This document shows positions 20,790-31,741 of a stretch of 64,000 nucleotides of DNA, one piece after another. The DNA lies in the IMG/VR virus record IMGVR_UViG_3300036715_004471, positions 186,001 to 250,000 of that record. One strand, written 5' to 3'. A program made the translations under genes and the position numbers. Positions within the stretch are counted from its first letter, which is position 1. Every line of letters starts with the position of its first letter. Below the pieces are notes generated by a model. The model saw only the letters and a program-made list of their open reading frames with translations, did no database searches and was not told where the DNA came from.

Positions 20790-20836
20790 AAAAAAAACTA
20801 TCCTATAACTGAATATATCAATTACAGGATAGTTTT
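20790..20836 (-). terminator. Intrinsic terminator after the sheath and tube genes
   Basis: Arms AAAACTATCCT / AGGATAGTTTT (extendable with G-U pairs), ending in a run of 8 T on the minus strand. Confidence 0.75.
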
Positions 20837-20865
20837 AGCTAACTAGGGATTTATGATAGCTTATA

Positions 20866-21564
20866 TTAGAACAAGTTGCCTGATGAACCGATATCAATCA
20901 AACCAGAAGCGTCAAGAGATCCTCTTCTGCCGTTAGAACCAGTATCAGTAAGTTGTTCGATGTTAACAATACCATCGCCGCTGGTGATATTAAGAATTCC
21001 GTTTGGACCTGCGCCCATGTGTAGAATTCCTCTTTCTCCACCAACTGCGGCAGGAACGCCTCCTGGAATTGGAGAAGAGCCGCCATTAAGTATACTGAAG
21101 ATATTTTCAGCTTCCCACTGCATAGAATCAGTAATGATCCAATCATTAGCCTGATAAGTGTAATCTAAACCAGAAATCCAAACATTCTTAATAACAGTGG
21201 ATATTTGACTGCCTTGATCTCTTTTTTGTTTATCTAGAATGACAATATCAAACGGATAAACTTGTGAGGCGGCATGTAAAAATCCCCTGCTAAATGCTTC
21301 GGTTATCCTTAATCTATCAAATCTAATTCTTTGGCAAGTTCCAGTAATGTTAGTGGAACTTATTGGTGCAGAATCAATATGACCGTCAGTTCCAACTTCA
21401 TCAACCATTTTGATTTGTCTCTTTTCAGAGATAGCCATAGATTGAATTGCCCCAACAGCAGTATTGTTGACCAAAATGATTATATTTGTTGATAAGGCTG
21501 TACTGGTCTTATTAACACCATTCGGTAGTGTTAACGTAGAACTAGTATTTGGTGCTGTAGCCAT
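20866..21564 (-). CDS. Tail tube protein
   Basis: Directly follows the sheath; tube-like pattern (VGAIQSMAISEKRQIKMVDEVG...ITGTCQRIRF...PFDIVILD...TVIKNVWISGLDYTY). Confidence 0.8.
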   Translation of the reverse strand: MATAPNTSSTLTLPNGVNKTSTALSTNIIILVNNTAVGAIQSMAISEKRQIKMVDEVGTDGHIDSAPISSTNITGTCQRIRFDRLRITEAFSRGFLHAASQVYPFDIVILDKQKRDQGSQISTVIKNVWISGLDYTYQANDWIITDSMQWEAENIFSILNGGSSPIPGGVPAAVGGERGILHMGAGPNGILNITSGDGIVNIEQLTDTGSNGRRGSLDASGLIDIGSSGNLF

Positions 21565-21578
21565 TTATATCTCCCTAA

Positions 21579-24341
21579 TTATATTTGTCCGACACTTACT
21601 TTGATGTAAATGAAGTTGACTGGATAGCTTGGTTGTACTCTTACAGAAATATTCCATTGTGTTGGATCTACATCATCTTGTACTACGCTTAGATCGGCGT
21701 AGTTAGTGATTAATCCTTGAGAAACCAAAGAGTTTAACAAGATAACTGCGCGAGTATTCAATACTGCTCCAGTGTTTTTATCTTGTGGTAAACCAATGTA
21801 ACCAGCAAAACCAGCTCTTAATGTCTTGGCAACTCTGTCTCTAATGAATACAATAGAGATTTCTTGTTCTTCAACAAAACCACTTTGAGAAGTGGTCAAT
21901 CCCCAGATTACTCTACCTCCACCAGCGACTGGTTGTAAGGTACAAACTCCAGCTGCTGCCAATTGTTCAAGTGTTGCTGTAGAAAGTGTCTTGTTTCTTA
22001 GAATTGTGAATCCAGATAACACTTTATTGGTTAAAGGATTTTGGATTTGCACATCTGCTGATTCATATCCGGCGGCGGCGGCTGCAAGATAGAATCCGTC
22101 AATTAAGACATTATCTGCACCGGCTTGTACCACAATTTGATCAGGATAGAAATACACACATCTATATGTATTGCCGAAAGCATTTGATACTGAATAGTTG
22201 GCAAGATCTTCTACGTTTCCAGCTAACACATCAGTAATAGTTTCTCCTTGAATTCCTTCTAGAGTACCTATGTCTTCAACTGCGGCAGGTTTAGTTCCAA
22301 TTAAGTTTTCAGGCAATAATCCATTGATTGCCCCAATAAACAATACTCTTTCTTTCTTGTTACGAATATTGCTCATGGATTTGCAATGTGATAATGCATT
22401 CTGAAAAATAACAGAGATAGTTTGTTTTGGTAGTGGCACCAAAATGTCACATTCTACTACTTCTAGAGAGGCTAGAGCATTAATCCATCCAGCATCATAG
22501 AAAGATGCTTCTTTTTCATCAACTATAGTAACTCTTAATCCATATCCCATTGGGACTACGTTATGATTAATGACTATATAGTTACTAACACTTGATGAAT
22601 CCAATACTTCATATCTTACACCAATTTCATTAACAAGTGTTTTGCTAATTGTAATAGTATTTGTTAAGCTATCATATCCGGTAATATCATACAAACCGTT
22701 GTTATCTGCTGATCCATTAATTTGTAATCTACGAGTAAGTATACTGGTAATTGTACTAAAATCTACCGCTGAAGAATTCAAAGTTGCCGTGGCTGTACCT
22801 ATTAAATTAACCAAAGTTCCATCAACACCAGAGCCACCGCTAATTGGAAGTCCAGTAGAAATATCAATTACTTCAAAAGTAACTGAAGACTCCGTGACGA
22901 AATCAGGGAATGTTTCATGAGTTACATACAATTGCCCATTACTTACGGCGTCAATAGTATAAGTACCAATATTGGCAACATTTACAGCATCAATAACTTT
23001 TAAGGTTTTTCCAACATGATAAGAATCAAATATAATAGATGCTCCGAACACACCTTTATCAAGGAAGGCGGGATTTCTACCAACATATCCATCTTCTCCG
23101 GTTGCCATAATTGCCAAACTTTCTTTGACAGTATAGAAATATGAGAAACCTGCTGGGGCTGAAGTATCATCAAAAATGAATTGATCAGTGGTTGGATTAC
23201 CAGATGTATCCAAAGTATAAAAATCCAATTTATTAGGAAGAATCTGATTTTCTACATTGGTAGAATTATTCTTAACAAAGAAATGGATATTAGAATCAAA
23301 ATCTGGAGTTACACCTAATGGTAGCGGGAAAATAAAATCATCCCCATTCAACGAAGCAGCATTTACTGCTTCTTCCAAAATGTAAGAACGTCTTGTTGGC
23401 ATTGGAGGAGCAGCTTGAACTGTAATCAAAGTTGGAGCATTATTAGCATAAGCTAATTGGGCGCCCAAAGCCAAATTATTAGTCAAACTTGGGAAACCAT
23501 GTCTGGTAACTACATCTCCCATACCTTGAGTTAAAACAGGATCATTCAAGAAAGTAGATGGAATGTAATTTGCAGTTAAAGAATCACTTCTAACTAATAC
23601 TCCGCTACTAATTTTAACAGTGAATGCGTCGCCCTCTCTAAATGGAGAGGTAACTACAGACATAACTTGAGTTTCTGAAATAGAGAATCTTAATATGCCG
23701 TTACTAACAAGTTGGTCATTAGCAACCCAAATAATTGGATTACCATTTGCATCAAGTTTAGATCCAGAAATAGAACCAATAGCTAAGAACTTAGCAGTTC
23801 CAGCAATTGGTTGATTCAAAACGTTTCTTTGAACAGATACGCATCTAATAGTCCAAATCTCTGGTGGAGCATTTGAGTCAACCAAAGATAAGTTATTGAC
23901 TGTTCCCAAACCAACGTTAGTAGATAGTGGAATATAAAAAGCGCCTCCCTGATCTACAAGGTGTGCTTTTTGTAATTCAACTTTTCCAGAAGAAATATCA
24001 ATTCTATAATCATAGTTATTGCTAAATGGGTTAGAATCAATAAGAGATTCTAAACCAACTAGTGGAATACCATTTTTGAAAATTCTTGTTCTGTTAGAAA
24101 TTAATGGGAAGTTTGATAGTTGAAAATGTCTACCGTCAGCGCCAGATGTAGATGAGTAGGAAGAATTCAAACCATCGCTACCACCACCATTTGCTTGTGA
24201 TACGAGCGTTTCATCAGTTGAACCTTCACCTATCATAGCGGCAACACGTGATCCTCCAGGAATTGACGTTCCACGTGATTGAGTAATTACGTCAGTTGTT
24301 ACTCCTGGTATTAAACCAGCTCCCCCAGGTTGATTTGCCAT
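21579..24341 (-). CDS. Contractile tail sheath protein with inserted domains
   Basis: Sheath C-terminus (EQLAAAGVCTLQPVAGGGRVIWGLTT...EISIVFIRDRVAKTLR...DPTQWNISVRVQPSYPVNFIYIKV); RBS AGAGGAG. Confidence 0.9.
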   Translation of the reverse strand: MANQPGGAGLIPGVTTDVITQSRGTSIPGGSRVAAMIGEGSTDETLVSQANGGGSDGLNSSYSSTSGADGRHFQLSNFPLISNRTRIFKNGIPLVGLESLIDSNPFSNNYDYRIDISSGKVELQKAHLVDQGGAFYIPLSTNVGLGTVNNLSLVDSNAPPEIWTIRCVSVQRNVLNQPIAGTAKFLAIGSISGSKLDANGNPIIWVANDQLVSNGILRFSISETQVMSVVTSPFREGDAFTVKISSGVLVRSDSLTANYIPSTFLNDPVLTQGMGDVVTRHGFPSLTNNLALGAQLAYANNAPTLITVQAAPPMPTRRSYILEEAVNAASLNGDDFIFPLPLGVTPDFDSNIHFFVKNNSTNVENQILPNKLDFYTLDTSGNPTTDQFIFDDTSAPAGFSYFYTVKESLAIMATGEDGYVGRNPAFLDKGVFGASIIFDSYHVGKTLKVIDAVNVANIGTYTIDAVSNGQLYVTHETFPDFVTESSVTFEVIDISTGLPISGGSGVDGTLVNLIGTATATLNSSAVDFSTITSILTRRLQINGSADNNGLYDITGYDSLTNTITISKTLVNEIGVRYEVLDSSSVSNYIVINHNVVPMGYGLRVTIVDEKEASFYDAGWINALASLEVVECDILVPLPKQTISVIFQNALSHCKSMSNIRNKKERVLFIGAINGLLPENLIGTKPAAVEDIGTLEGIQGETITDVLAGNVEDLANYSVSNAFGNTYRCVYFYPDQIVVQAGADNVLIDGFYLAAAAAGYESADVQIQNPLTNKVLSGFTILRNKTLSTATLEQLAAAGVCTLQPVAGGGRVIWGLTTSQSGFVEEQEISIVFIRDRVAKTLRAGFAGYIGLPQDKNTGAVLNTRAVILLNSLVSQGLITNYADLSVVQDDVDPTQWNISVRVQPSYPVNFIYIKVSVGQI

Positions 24342-24532
24342 TATTTTTCTCCTCTAAAGATTTCTTCTATTGCTTTCGTAGAGCGATTCAACATAATCGA
24401 AGTCCTATACATTTTTGTAGATTGTATCATTAAAATGTATTAATATTCCTATCAAAGCGGATATATTAGTGAGTTTTGTCTATTTATCAAGGCAACAAAA
24501 TTTATAGATTTGTACCACATAAATCATTTGAT

Positions 24533-25360
24533 TTATAATTCTAGCAATAAATCTGTGATGCTGACTGAGGTATTGATAGTCAAATTAGCAGCAGGAGGAC
24601 TATTGGGATTTGATAAATTAGCAAAATTTATGGTAAATAAAATGGTATCAACCACACTGTCAACTGGTATTTCTCTACGCCATTCCGTTCTTATATCTAA
24701 TGTTAAAGTTTGCCTAAATAACTTATCATTTCTATCATCTGTTTCAGAAGGGGCGCTAATATTTATTGGTTTAACTATAACTCCAACATCAACTAAAGTA
24801 TCAAAATTGATTTCAGTAAAACACATAGCTATTAATTCAGATAGATCATCTCTTGATCTTAAACTTCTAGTCATAACATCAATTATTATCGATCCTTCCC
24901 ATGCTCCTGCTGTAATGAAATATTTTGGTTTATGAATTACTTTTTGATTCCCATAGCCATCTTCAAATATCATGCTTTCATATTGAATACCGCTTTGATC
25001 TCTATTAATAGAAATAGGTACATATCTACTGCCACCACTTTTAACCAAAATAGCAGGATAATAAATACCATCATATCTATAGTTTTCTCCAATAAACACA
25101 CGAGTACTAAGATTTAGAGTATTATTTAGAGAAGGTTGCGCACCAAATCCAGAAGGCAAATTTGCCCCAGGTGGAAGATCAGTATGATCAGTTGTATTAG
25201 CAAACCCCCACTGATCTTTAGAATAATGGTAATAACTATCTTTAGAAAAAAAATCTTTCAAAGTAGAGATTATTATTTCTTTTGGATAAACAAGCATTGA
25301 AGCCTGTATGATATTATGTAGTGGAAACAAATCACTTTTGAAAAAATTACCAGAACTCAT
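24533..25360 (-). CDS. Tail completion/terminator-like protein
   Basis: Precedes the sheath; YPAILVKSGG...WEGSIIIDVMTRSLRSRDDLSELI fits the tail-terminator pattern. Confidence 0.55.
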   Translation of the reverse strand: MSSGNFFKSDLFPLHNIIQASMLVYPKEIIISTLKDFFSKDSYYHYSKDQWGFANTTDHTDLPPGANLPSGFGAQPSLNNTLNLSTRVFIGENYRYDGIYYPAILVKSGGSRYVPISINRDQSGIQYESMIFEDGYGNQKVIHKPKYFITAGAWEGSIIIDVMTRSLRSRDDLSELIAMCFTEINFDTLVDVGVIVKPINISAPSETDDRNDKLFRQTLTLDIRTEWRREIPVDSVVDTILFTINFANLSNPNSPPAANLTINTSVSITDLLLEL

Positions 25361-25371
25361 AAATTACTGCC

Positions 25372-28300
25372 TTACCAACGATACTTAATAGTTATAGGAG
25401 ATAATGAAACTGTAATAGTAGAAACTGCATCTTCTTGTGATGTAATAATATATAAACCTACATCATGCGTACCAGTATTTATAAAATTGTTGAAAGGAGA
25501 AATAACATTTGGAGAAGTAGAGTCTGAAATTTCCAATGTATATGGTCCAACAGAAGTTGTAAAATCACCAGATGGAGATTGGTTTAAAATTAAATTAGTT
25601 GTTGAGTTTGATTTATATAATACAGATTGAACGAATCCTGTTGTCGCAAATACACGATCTGATGCTATTGTGAAAGTTACGTATGTAACAAAAGTATTAA
25701 TTGGAAGTATCGATGATAATGGCAAATTCCATTCATAATTTATTCTTCCAGAAACTGTTGGTCCTATGTATTTTGATTTCACACTATCAAGATCGCCCGG
25801 TCCTGTAGAATTAACAGAAATAGAAAATCCGGCGGGAGTATCTCCAGCAATGACTCTGGATGAGCCAGCTAAACTAAATCTTTGTGACCCTTGATTAGAA
25901 CACAAATATAAAGTATTAGTTTGATTTATGTTTCTTTCTACAATCCATCTTGTCGTATTAACTGATGTGTTTGTTAAGTTAACTAATAATTCATTATTGT
26001 CTACTTCATTAGTATATGGACTATCAAAAAAATTCTCAGTAACTATTCCGTTTGATCCCGCGCCATCCCACAATGTTGAATCATAATTTTCAAAAGCAAT
26101 GTACGCAAAAATACTCTTAGTGTTTCTATAAATTTTATTGTGTGTTACAATATTATCATTTCCACCCAATAAAATTAATTTTCCTTGATTAAAGGTTTCA
26201 GAAACACCCTTTAAAATATTATTATGTATATTACATGATGATTGAGAATAAATATATCCCAAACTATAATTGTAACTAATAGGAGATGAAGAGAAATACT
26301 TCCAATAACCTGTATTAGTTGTATTGTTACTAATTATACAAGAAGAATTATTTCCTTCTCCAGGATTTTGAGAGTTAGAAGCCGTATGTTTGTTAGATCC
26401 AATAAATATAGCATAGTTGGCAAAAATAGCCGACGTATCTATTCCAAAATTAGATAAATAGTTAATATCATATGAAGAAAGAGTATTGTTTATAATCTTC
26501 AAAGAACTGTTATCTTCATATGAAATGCCTGAAAAAATCCAATTGATAGTATTGTTGTTAATAGAAACATGACCAGTAGCATAACTTACACTATTAGTAC
26601 TAACACCAAGTACCAATTTATCAAGTAAGAAATGTTTTCCCTTACTATCTACATTAACAATAAGATGACAGTTATTACTGTTAATATTTAAACCGAATTC
26701 TCTTTCAGTTAATTGATTGACATTAGGATCCACATTTGTATACTTAGCTCCTGATGATACCCAATATCCAATACTTCCGCAAATATTTTTTTCAATATGA
26801 CAGTTTTGACATGATATACCTGGATATACCATATTACTATTTGAATCAAATTTTGAAGTTATAATGATTGATTGATTTCTATTACAAATGTTATTTGTAA
26901 TATTGGCATTTAATAATATTGGTTGTTGATTTTTTGTAGTATTAAACAGTGAAAAAGGAGTAGTGTTTATAATAGATATAGCTGCCCTATAATCATCTGT
27001 TGAAGGACCTACAATAGACAAATTGTTAAACTTACAATTTGTAATATTAACATTTTTCAATATAGCTGAATTATATGATAACTCAAAATTTATGAAACTA
27101 TATCTGTTATTTGTATTAGATGATGGATTATAGTTAAAAACTACATTATTTATATCAATATCACTTAGTAATCCGCTTATATTTGAATATATATATCCTT
27201 GACCACTATTAACCAAATTAGAAGAATCATATGCAATTCCATTATAAGAATCTGCACTTGGATTATATGTTGATGTTACATTAGAATTATACAATTTTAT
27301 ATTGCTAGATGTAGAGATATCTAAACATTTATTAAAATTACCAGAGAGGCTGGAATCTATTATTGTAATATAGTTGCTGTTAGTTAATGTAAATACATTT
27401 CCTGGTGTTATTGTGCCTGGCACAATAACATAATTTGTAACTATATTGGTATTGTCTAGTTTAAAATTACTAGAATTGTTTAACTTAAATACTGATCCTC
27501 TAAATACAAAACCACTTCCAAAAGCAGAAGTATATTGAGCAGTTATATTGCAATTTCTTATTGTAATATTTGTGCCCCCACTTATATTAAAAATGATGTT
27601 GCTAGCAGGAGATGAAGCTGGAACATTAATTGTGATGTCGCAATTTTCTATTAAAATATTTTGACAATTTGAATTGAAAAATACATAGTCATTAAAAATG
27701 ATATCACAGTTTTTTATATTTACATTTGAGCCAAACGTAACTATATTATTAAATGTTAATAATGCATCTTTTTCACCATCAATAATAACGGTATTAGCAA
27801 AATCTAATGTAGTTGGCGAACTAATAGTTCCACTAGTTCCATTAGCACCTTTTACAATTGCTAAGCTATTAAATTGATTGTTATATTTGATCCAATTAAA
27901 TATTGACTCTATATTTTTGAAATTTCCTTGTGCTTCTGCAGAAGTTAATTTCAATGGCAAATTACTATCTGCATCATTAACATATTTTCTAACATCTGTT
28001 AATGATAAAGAGATTGTTGCGGGCACTACAAGTGTTGAAACAGTAGATGATACAATGTAAAGAGGTGTTAAATCTTTTCTCTTATTAACAACATTTGAAA
28101 AAGTAGTAGCATCTAAATTATAGTTTAATCCATTAGCAGCATTAAATGCTTTAAATAATCTTGTAGAATCATCAGGCGTGCCTAATGAACTATCAAAATC
28201 TAATAATGGTATTGGTTGATATTCTCCCTTATCATTTGCACATAACAACCAATTCACATCATGCAAAAAACCAAAATTTTCTTTAATTATAGGAATATTA

Positions 28301-31257
28301 ACTGTTTCATTATTTAATGGAATTATTTTTCCATTAACTAATACAACTCCGCCATTCAAATAAATTTGATCATTATTAGGATTAGTTATTGTATCTTTAT
28401 CTTGGAGATCGAATCCTCTAATAACACCATTAGTATGTAATAATTTTTCTGGCAGAGATATGAAATTTAAAGCCGATGTACTTAAATCTTTTTCACTTAT
28501 ATTTCCAAATTGTCTCTCATCTTTTATGAAATTAACTGTGTTATTTGTATCATTAAGTTGACACGTGCCAATTAACATTATTTCTTCATCTAATGAAAGG
28601 GTAGGAAATAATTGAAAATCAATAAATTGATTACTAAAATCAGACACAACAGTGTTTATGTCAAAAATAACATCAATGAAATCTATATTTGTTTCATCAT
28701 AAAATCTGGTTACTTGACCTTTTTTACCAGTAGTTATTGGTCCATTATGAGATAAGGTAATGCCATCATATGAAGCTAAGTTTCCAACATATGTTCCTGT
28801 AGCATCATTGTAACTTATCATATTTAAGGTTATTTTATTTACTGATCCAAATTGATAACCTCTTAATTTAGAAGATATTTTTACTATGTTTAATTTGATT
28901 AGTTCTGAAAATGTTAATAATGGTATACCGTTTATAGTAGTAGAAGAGCCCGCTCCAATCCTACCTCTTTCATGTGTAAATGTATGTCCATTTTGGTCTA
29001 TATAAACTTCGAAAAATCTTTTGAATGGAGATACATTAGTGAAATCTGTGGCACTTTCTTTATTAAATGACACGGAGTCTGAATTAAAATAAAGTGCTAC
29101 TTTACCACCAATTGCTAATGTTGGAGATGGAGATATACCAGTTGCATGTACAGCATCGTATACAGTAATATCTGTATACGCATCTGCTGGAGTTGGACAT
29201 GGATTAAGGAACGTTATATTTTCTATTATAAATCTGCCGTAATCTACCAAGTTGCCTTCGCCCGCTGATTGAACAACTACTGTCTTTCCTGCTTTTAAAT
29301 TAGAAGTAGATAAATCTAATAATACGCGATAAGTAACTTGTACTCTTCCACTAGGTCCAGGAAATATATTTACATTATGAACTGTGGCGTCCCAATAACC
29401 ATCACCATAAGTATCTAATAATTGATTTACTTCTAAAGTTAATTTTTCTTTTTCAATACCATTAACATAATAATTATTTCTTTTTAGTGGTAAAAAGATT
29501 TTAGTTGGAAGTAATGCTGCTTCCGCTGATCCATAAGAACTTTGGTATGGAGGGCTAGCATAATTAGATCCATTAGTCCCAAAACCCAATGCGTCTATAG
29601 CAGAAGTGCCGGCATCAGGAAAAACATCAACAACATTTTTTTGAAAATTAACGCTAGTTTCTACTTCATCATATGTTCCATCAGAAGCAACAATGCCGCT
29701 TAAAATGGAAAATCCTGAATTTCCATAAGAATCAGCCAACATAATTCCAAATTCACCTTGATATGAGAAGGCGATAAATCTATAATTGTAACCAACTTTT
29801 CTAAATGAATTATTAGTTGCTTCTACTACTGATTCTAAAGTGTATTGTCCTGGAGTTGTTCCTCTATTTCCAGTTACATCAATTGCTGGTAAAATCGTAT
29901 AACCATCCGCAGGAGATCCAGTTGGATATAAAGCAAGATATAAGAAATAATGTGTTCCATTTAATTGATCTGGATTAAATCCTATTCCTAATGCTTGTGC
30001 ACCACGTGGATTTCCAACTATTAAACTAGGAACTTCGGAAAAAGTATTATTAGCAGGAGCTACTGCCAATACACCATATTTATTATTATTGAATAATGGT
30101 TTATCTATTCTAGCTACTGCATTAACAGAATAAAATAAATTTTTACCATTTATTCGAACAATATATTTTTTATTACCACCACTTTGTATATACTTTTTTT
30201 CTTTGATAATAAATTGTACTTCAACAGATCCATAATTAATTCTAAGTACATCTCCTATTTTGACTAATGCAAATTTTTCATCAAATGAATTAGAGCTTAT
30301 ATCACCTGCTGATGGTTTAAACTCTATAATGTCATCTCCAAAATTAATATCATCAAAAGGCGAGCTATTAATGCCAGTATTTAAAAGATATGCGATAACA
30401 GGTGTGTTTGGAATAACTGGAGCGCCATATCCATCATTAATTAGACTTGTAGATCTTGATGATCTGGAAATACCATTGGAATACAAATTTTGCATTCTTG
30501 TACCAAGTAAAAATATACTGGAACTATCAATAAAATCCGCAAACTTCTGTAAATCAACAGCTGTTTGAGGTATGACGGCGAATCTACTTGTATTTAACCA
30601 AATTCCACTAGAAGTATGTCCATAATTAGAAGGATAAGTAGATCCATCTATTGTAGTAATCAATTGTACATTATTTTCAACTGAACCATCTGCAAGCTGA
30701 TGGTGCAAAAATTCATTATTAATGTCATTGATTAAAGTATAAGAATCATGATTGTCTCTTAAAGCATTGAATTTGTTTTTTAAATATTGATTTGGATCAT
30801 TGCTTACATCTATTTGATTTAAAGTGTGTCTATAGATGGCTCCCAAAAGATGTGGCTCTAACTTTATTCCTGTTAGTGAAATCCATCCGAAACTGGTATT
30901 TATACTATTAGATAAATCTTGAATGTAATTGAATAGATCTTGAGTTCTGTGATCTAATTTCAATTTAGATTCTGGTATTTCGGCAGAATTAGAAATTTGA
31001 TCGTTAGTGATTGGTAAGGTAACTAATCCTAAACTAGCAATGGCAGAAGGTTTAACTGTGCCATCAGGCTCTAATGAGATACCTAATCTTTCAGAAATAG
31101 AACCTGTAGTACCAGCGCCACCTAAACCCAAGTACTGTTCTACATTGAACATTGCATCACGCAATGCATTAATAGCTTCAGCCCCCAAATCCTGAATATT
31201 ATCATTGATTGGAGGTAAAGTTGTATCATCATCAAAATCGTTTGGGAAATTACTCAT
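25372..31257 (-). CDS. Large tail fibre/appendage protein with a right-handed beta-helix region (1961 aa)
   Basis: Fibre-type N-terminus (MSNFPNDFDDDTTLP...AINALRDAMFNVEQYLG); Asn/Ile-rich parallel beta-helix repeats (NITIRNCNI, NVNITNCKF, SCIISNNTT). Confidence 0.65.
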   Translation of the reverse strand: MSNFPNDFDDDTTLPPINDNIQDLGAEAINALRDAMFNVEQYLGLGGAGTTGSISERLGISLEPDGTVKPSAIASLGLVTLPITNDQISNSAEIPESKLKLDHRTQDLFNYIQDLSNSINTSFGWISLTGIKLEPHLLGAIYRHTLNQIDVSNDPNQYLKNKFNALRDNHDSYTLINDINNEFLHHQLADGSVENNVQLITTIDGSTYPSNYGHTSSGIWLNTSRFAVIPQTAVDLQKFADFIDSSSIFLLGTRMQNLYSNGISRSSRSTSLINDGYGAPVIPNTPVIAYLLNTGINSSPFDDINFGDDIIEFKPSAGDISSNSFDEKFALVKIGDVLRINYGSVEVQFIIKEKKYIQSGGNKKYIVRINGKNLFYSVNAVARIDKPLFNNNKYGVLAVAPANNTFSEVPSLIVGNPRGAQALGIGFNPDQLNGTHYFLYLALYPTGSPADGYTILPAIDVTGNRGTTPGQYTLESVVEATNNSFRKVGYNYRFIAFSYQGEFGIMLADSYGNSGFSILSGIVASDGTYDEVETSVNFQKNVVDVFPDAGTSAIDALGFGTNGSNYASPPYQSSYGSAEAALLPTKIFLPLKRNNYYVNGIEKEKLTLEVNQLLDTYGDGYWDATVHNVNIFPGPSGRVQVTYRVLLDLSTSNLKAGKTVVVQSAGEGNLVDYGRFIIENITFLNPCPTPADAYTDITVYDAVHATGISPSPTLAIGGKVALYFNSDSVSFNKESATDFTNVSPFKRFFEVYIDQNGHTFTHERGRIGAGSSTTINGIPLLTFSELIKLNIVKISSKLRGYQFGSVNKITLNMISYNDATGTYVGNLASYDGITLSHNGPITTGKKGQVTRFYDETNIDFIDVIFDINTVVSDFSNQFIDFQLFPTLSLDEEIMLIGTCQLNDTNNTVNFIKDERQFGNISEKDLSTSALNFISLPEKLLHTNGVIRGFDLQDKDTITNPNNDQIYLNGGVVLVNGKIIPLNNETVNIPIIKENFGFLHDVNWLLCANDKGEYQPIPLLDFDSSLGTPDDSTRLFKAFNAANGLNYNLDATTFSNVVNKRKDLTPLYIVSSTVSTLVVPATISLSLTDVRKYVNDADSNLPLKLTSAEAQGNFKNIESIFNWIKYNNQFNSLAIVKGANGTSGTISSPTTLDFANTVIIDGEKDALLTFNNIVTFGSNVNIKNCDIIFNDYVFFNSNCQNILIENCDITINVPASSPASNIIFNISGGTNITIRNCNITAQYTSAFGSGFVFRGSVFKLNNSSNFKLDNTNIVTNYVIVPGTITPGNVFTLTNSNYITIIDSSLSGNFNKCLDISTSSNIKLYNSNVTSTYNPSADSYNGIAYDSSNLVNSGQGYIYSNISGLLSDIDINNVVFNYNPSSNTNNRYSFINFELSYNSAILKNVNITNCKFNNLSIVGPSTDDYRAAISIINTTPFSLFNTTKNQQPILLNANITNNICNRNQSIIITSKFDSNSNMVYPGISCQNCHIEKNICGSIGYWVSSGAKYTNVDPNVNQLTEREFGLNINSNNCHLIVNVDSKGKHFLLDKLVLGVSTNSVSYATGHVSINNNTINWIFSGISYEDNSSLKIINNTLSSYDINYLSNFGIDTSAIFANYAIFIGSNKHTASNSQNPGEGNNSSCIISNNTTNTGYWKYFSSSPISYNYSLGYIYSQSSCNIHNNILKGVSETFNQGKLILLGGNDNIVTHNKIYRNTKSIFAYIAFENYDSTLWDGAGSNGIVTENFFDSPYTNEVDNNELLVNLTNTSVNTTRWIVERNINQTNTLYLCSNQGSQRFSLAGSSRVIAGDTPAGFSISVNSTGPGDLDSVKSKYIGPTVSGRINYEWNLPLSSILPINTFVTYVTFTIASDRVFATTGFVQSVLYKSNSTTNLILNQSPSGDFTTSVGPYTLEISDSTSPNVISPFNNFINTGTHDVGLYIITSQEDAVSTITVSLSPITIKYRW

Positions 31258-31284
31258 TTTATCACCGTATAAATATAACTTAAC

Positions 31285-31704
31285 TTATTCTTTATTGATT
31301 GATTCGCCAACGCGTTTAATTAAAGCGTCTGCGGTTGGATCTTCAACAGGAATAGTTCCTGGAGGCAAAGAGGCAACTAATTTTTGATTGAAAAGAGCTT
31401 TTACTATTCTATACAATAAAGTTGATAATAAACCAGCTACCAAACCAAATACAAATCTACCACCGGTTGCAGAGATACCTTCTGGATAAGGATATCCTTT
31501 GATGAAAACTGTAGAAACAGAACCTAAAACTACTGGCATAATTGGTAATATCAAATCATTCCATAATTTAGATTCTTTAGCCATAACTTTGACATTAGTT
31601 AATATGTATTCAACAACAGTTCTTAATACAGACGTTATTGCCACAATACCCAAACTAAAAATTATAAACTGCCAGCTCATTAATACTTGTAATATATTAT
31701 CCAT
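31285..31704 (-). CDS. Holin-like membrane protein
   Basis: 139 aa with three hydrophobic segments and a charged C-terminus; AGGAG RBS. No endolysin is visible in the window. Confidence 0.5.
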   Translation of the reverse strand: MDNILQVLMSWQFIIFSLGIVAITSVLRTVVEYILTNVKVMAKESKLWNDLILPIMPVVLGSVSTVFIKGYPYPEGISATGGRFVFGLVAGLLSTLLYRIVKALFNQKLVASLPPGTIPVEDPTADALIKRVGESINKE

Positions 31705-31741
31705 GATAATCTCCTGTACTAGATACTAATTAAGTAATATA

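Noticed and set aside
24380-24406. TTCGATT resembling a tRNA T-loop
   Set aside because: No acceptor, D or anticodon stems can be built around it.
24342-24527. 62-codon in-frame extension of the sheath interrupted only by three TAGs
   Set aside because: The sheath ATG has its own strong RBS, the translation is not protein-like, and lacking TAA/TGA over 62 codons is plausible by chance.
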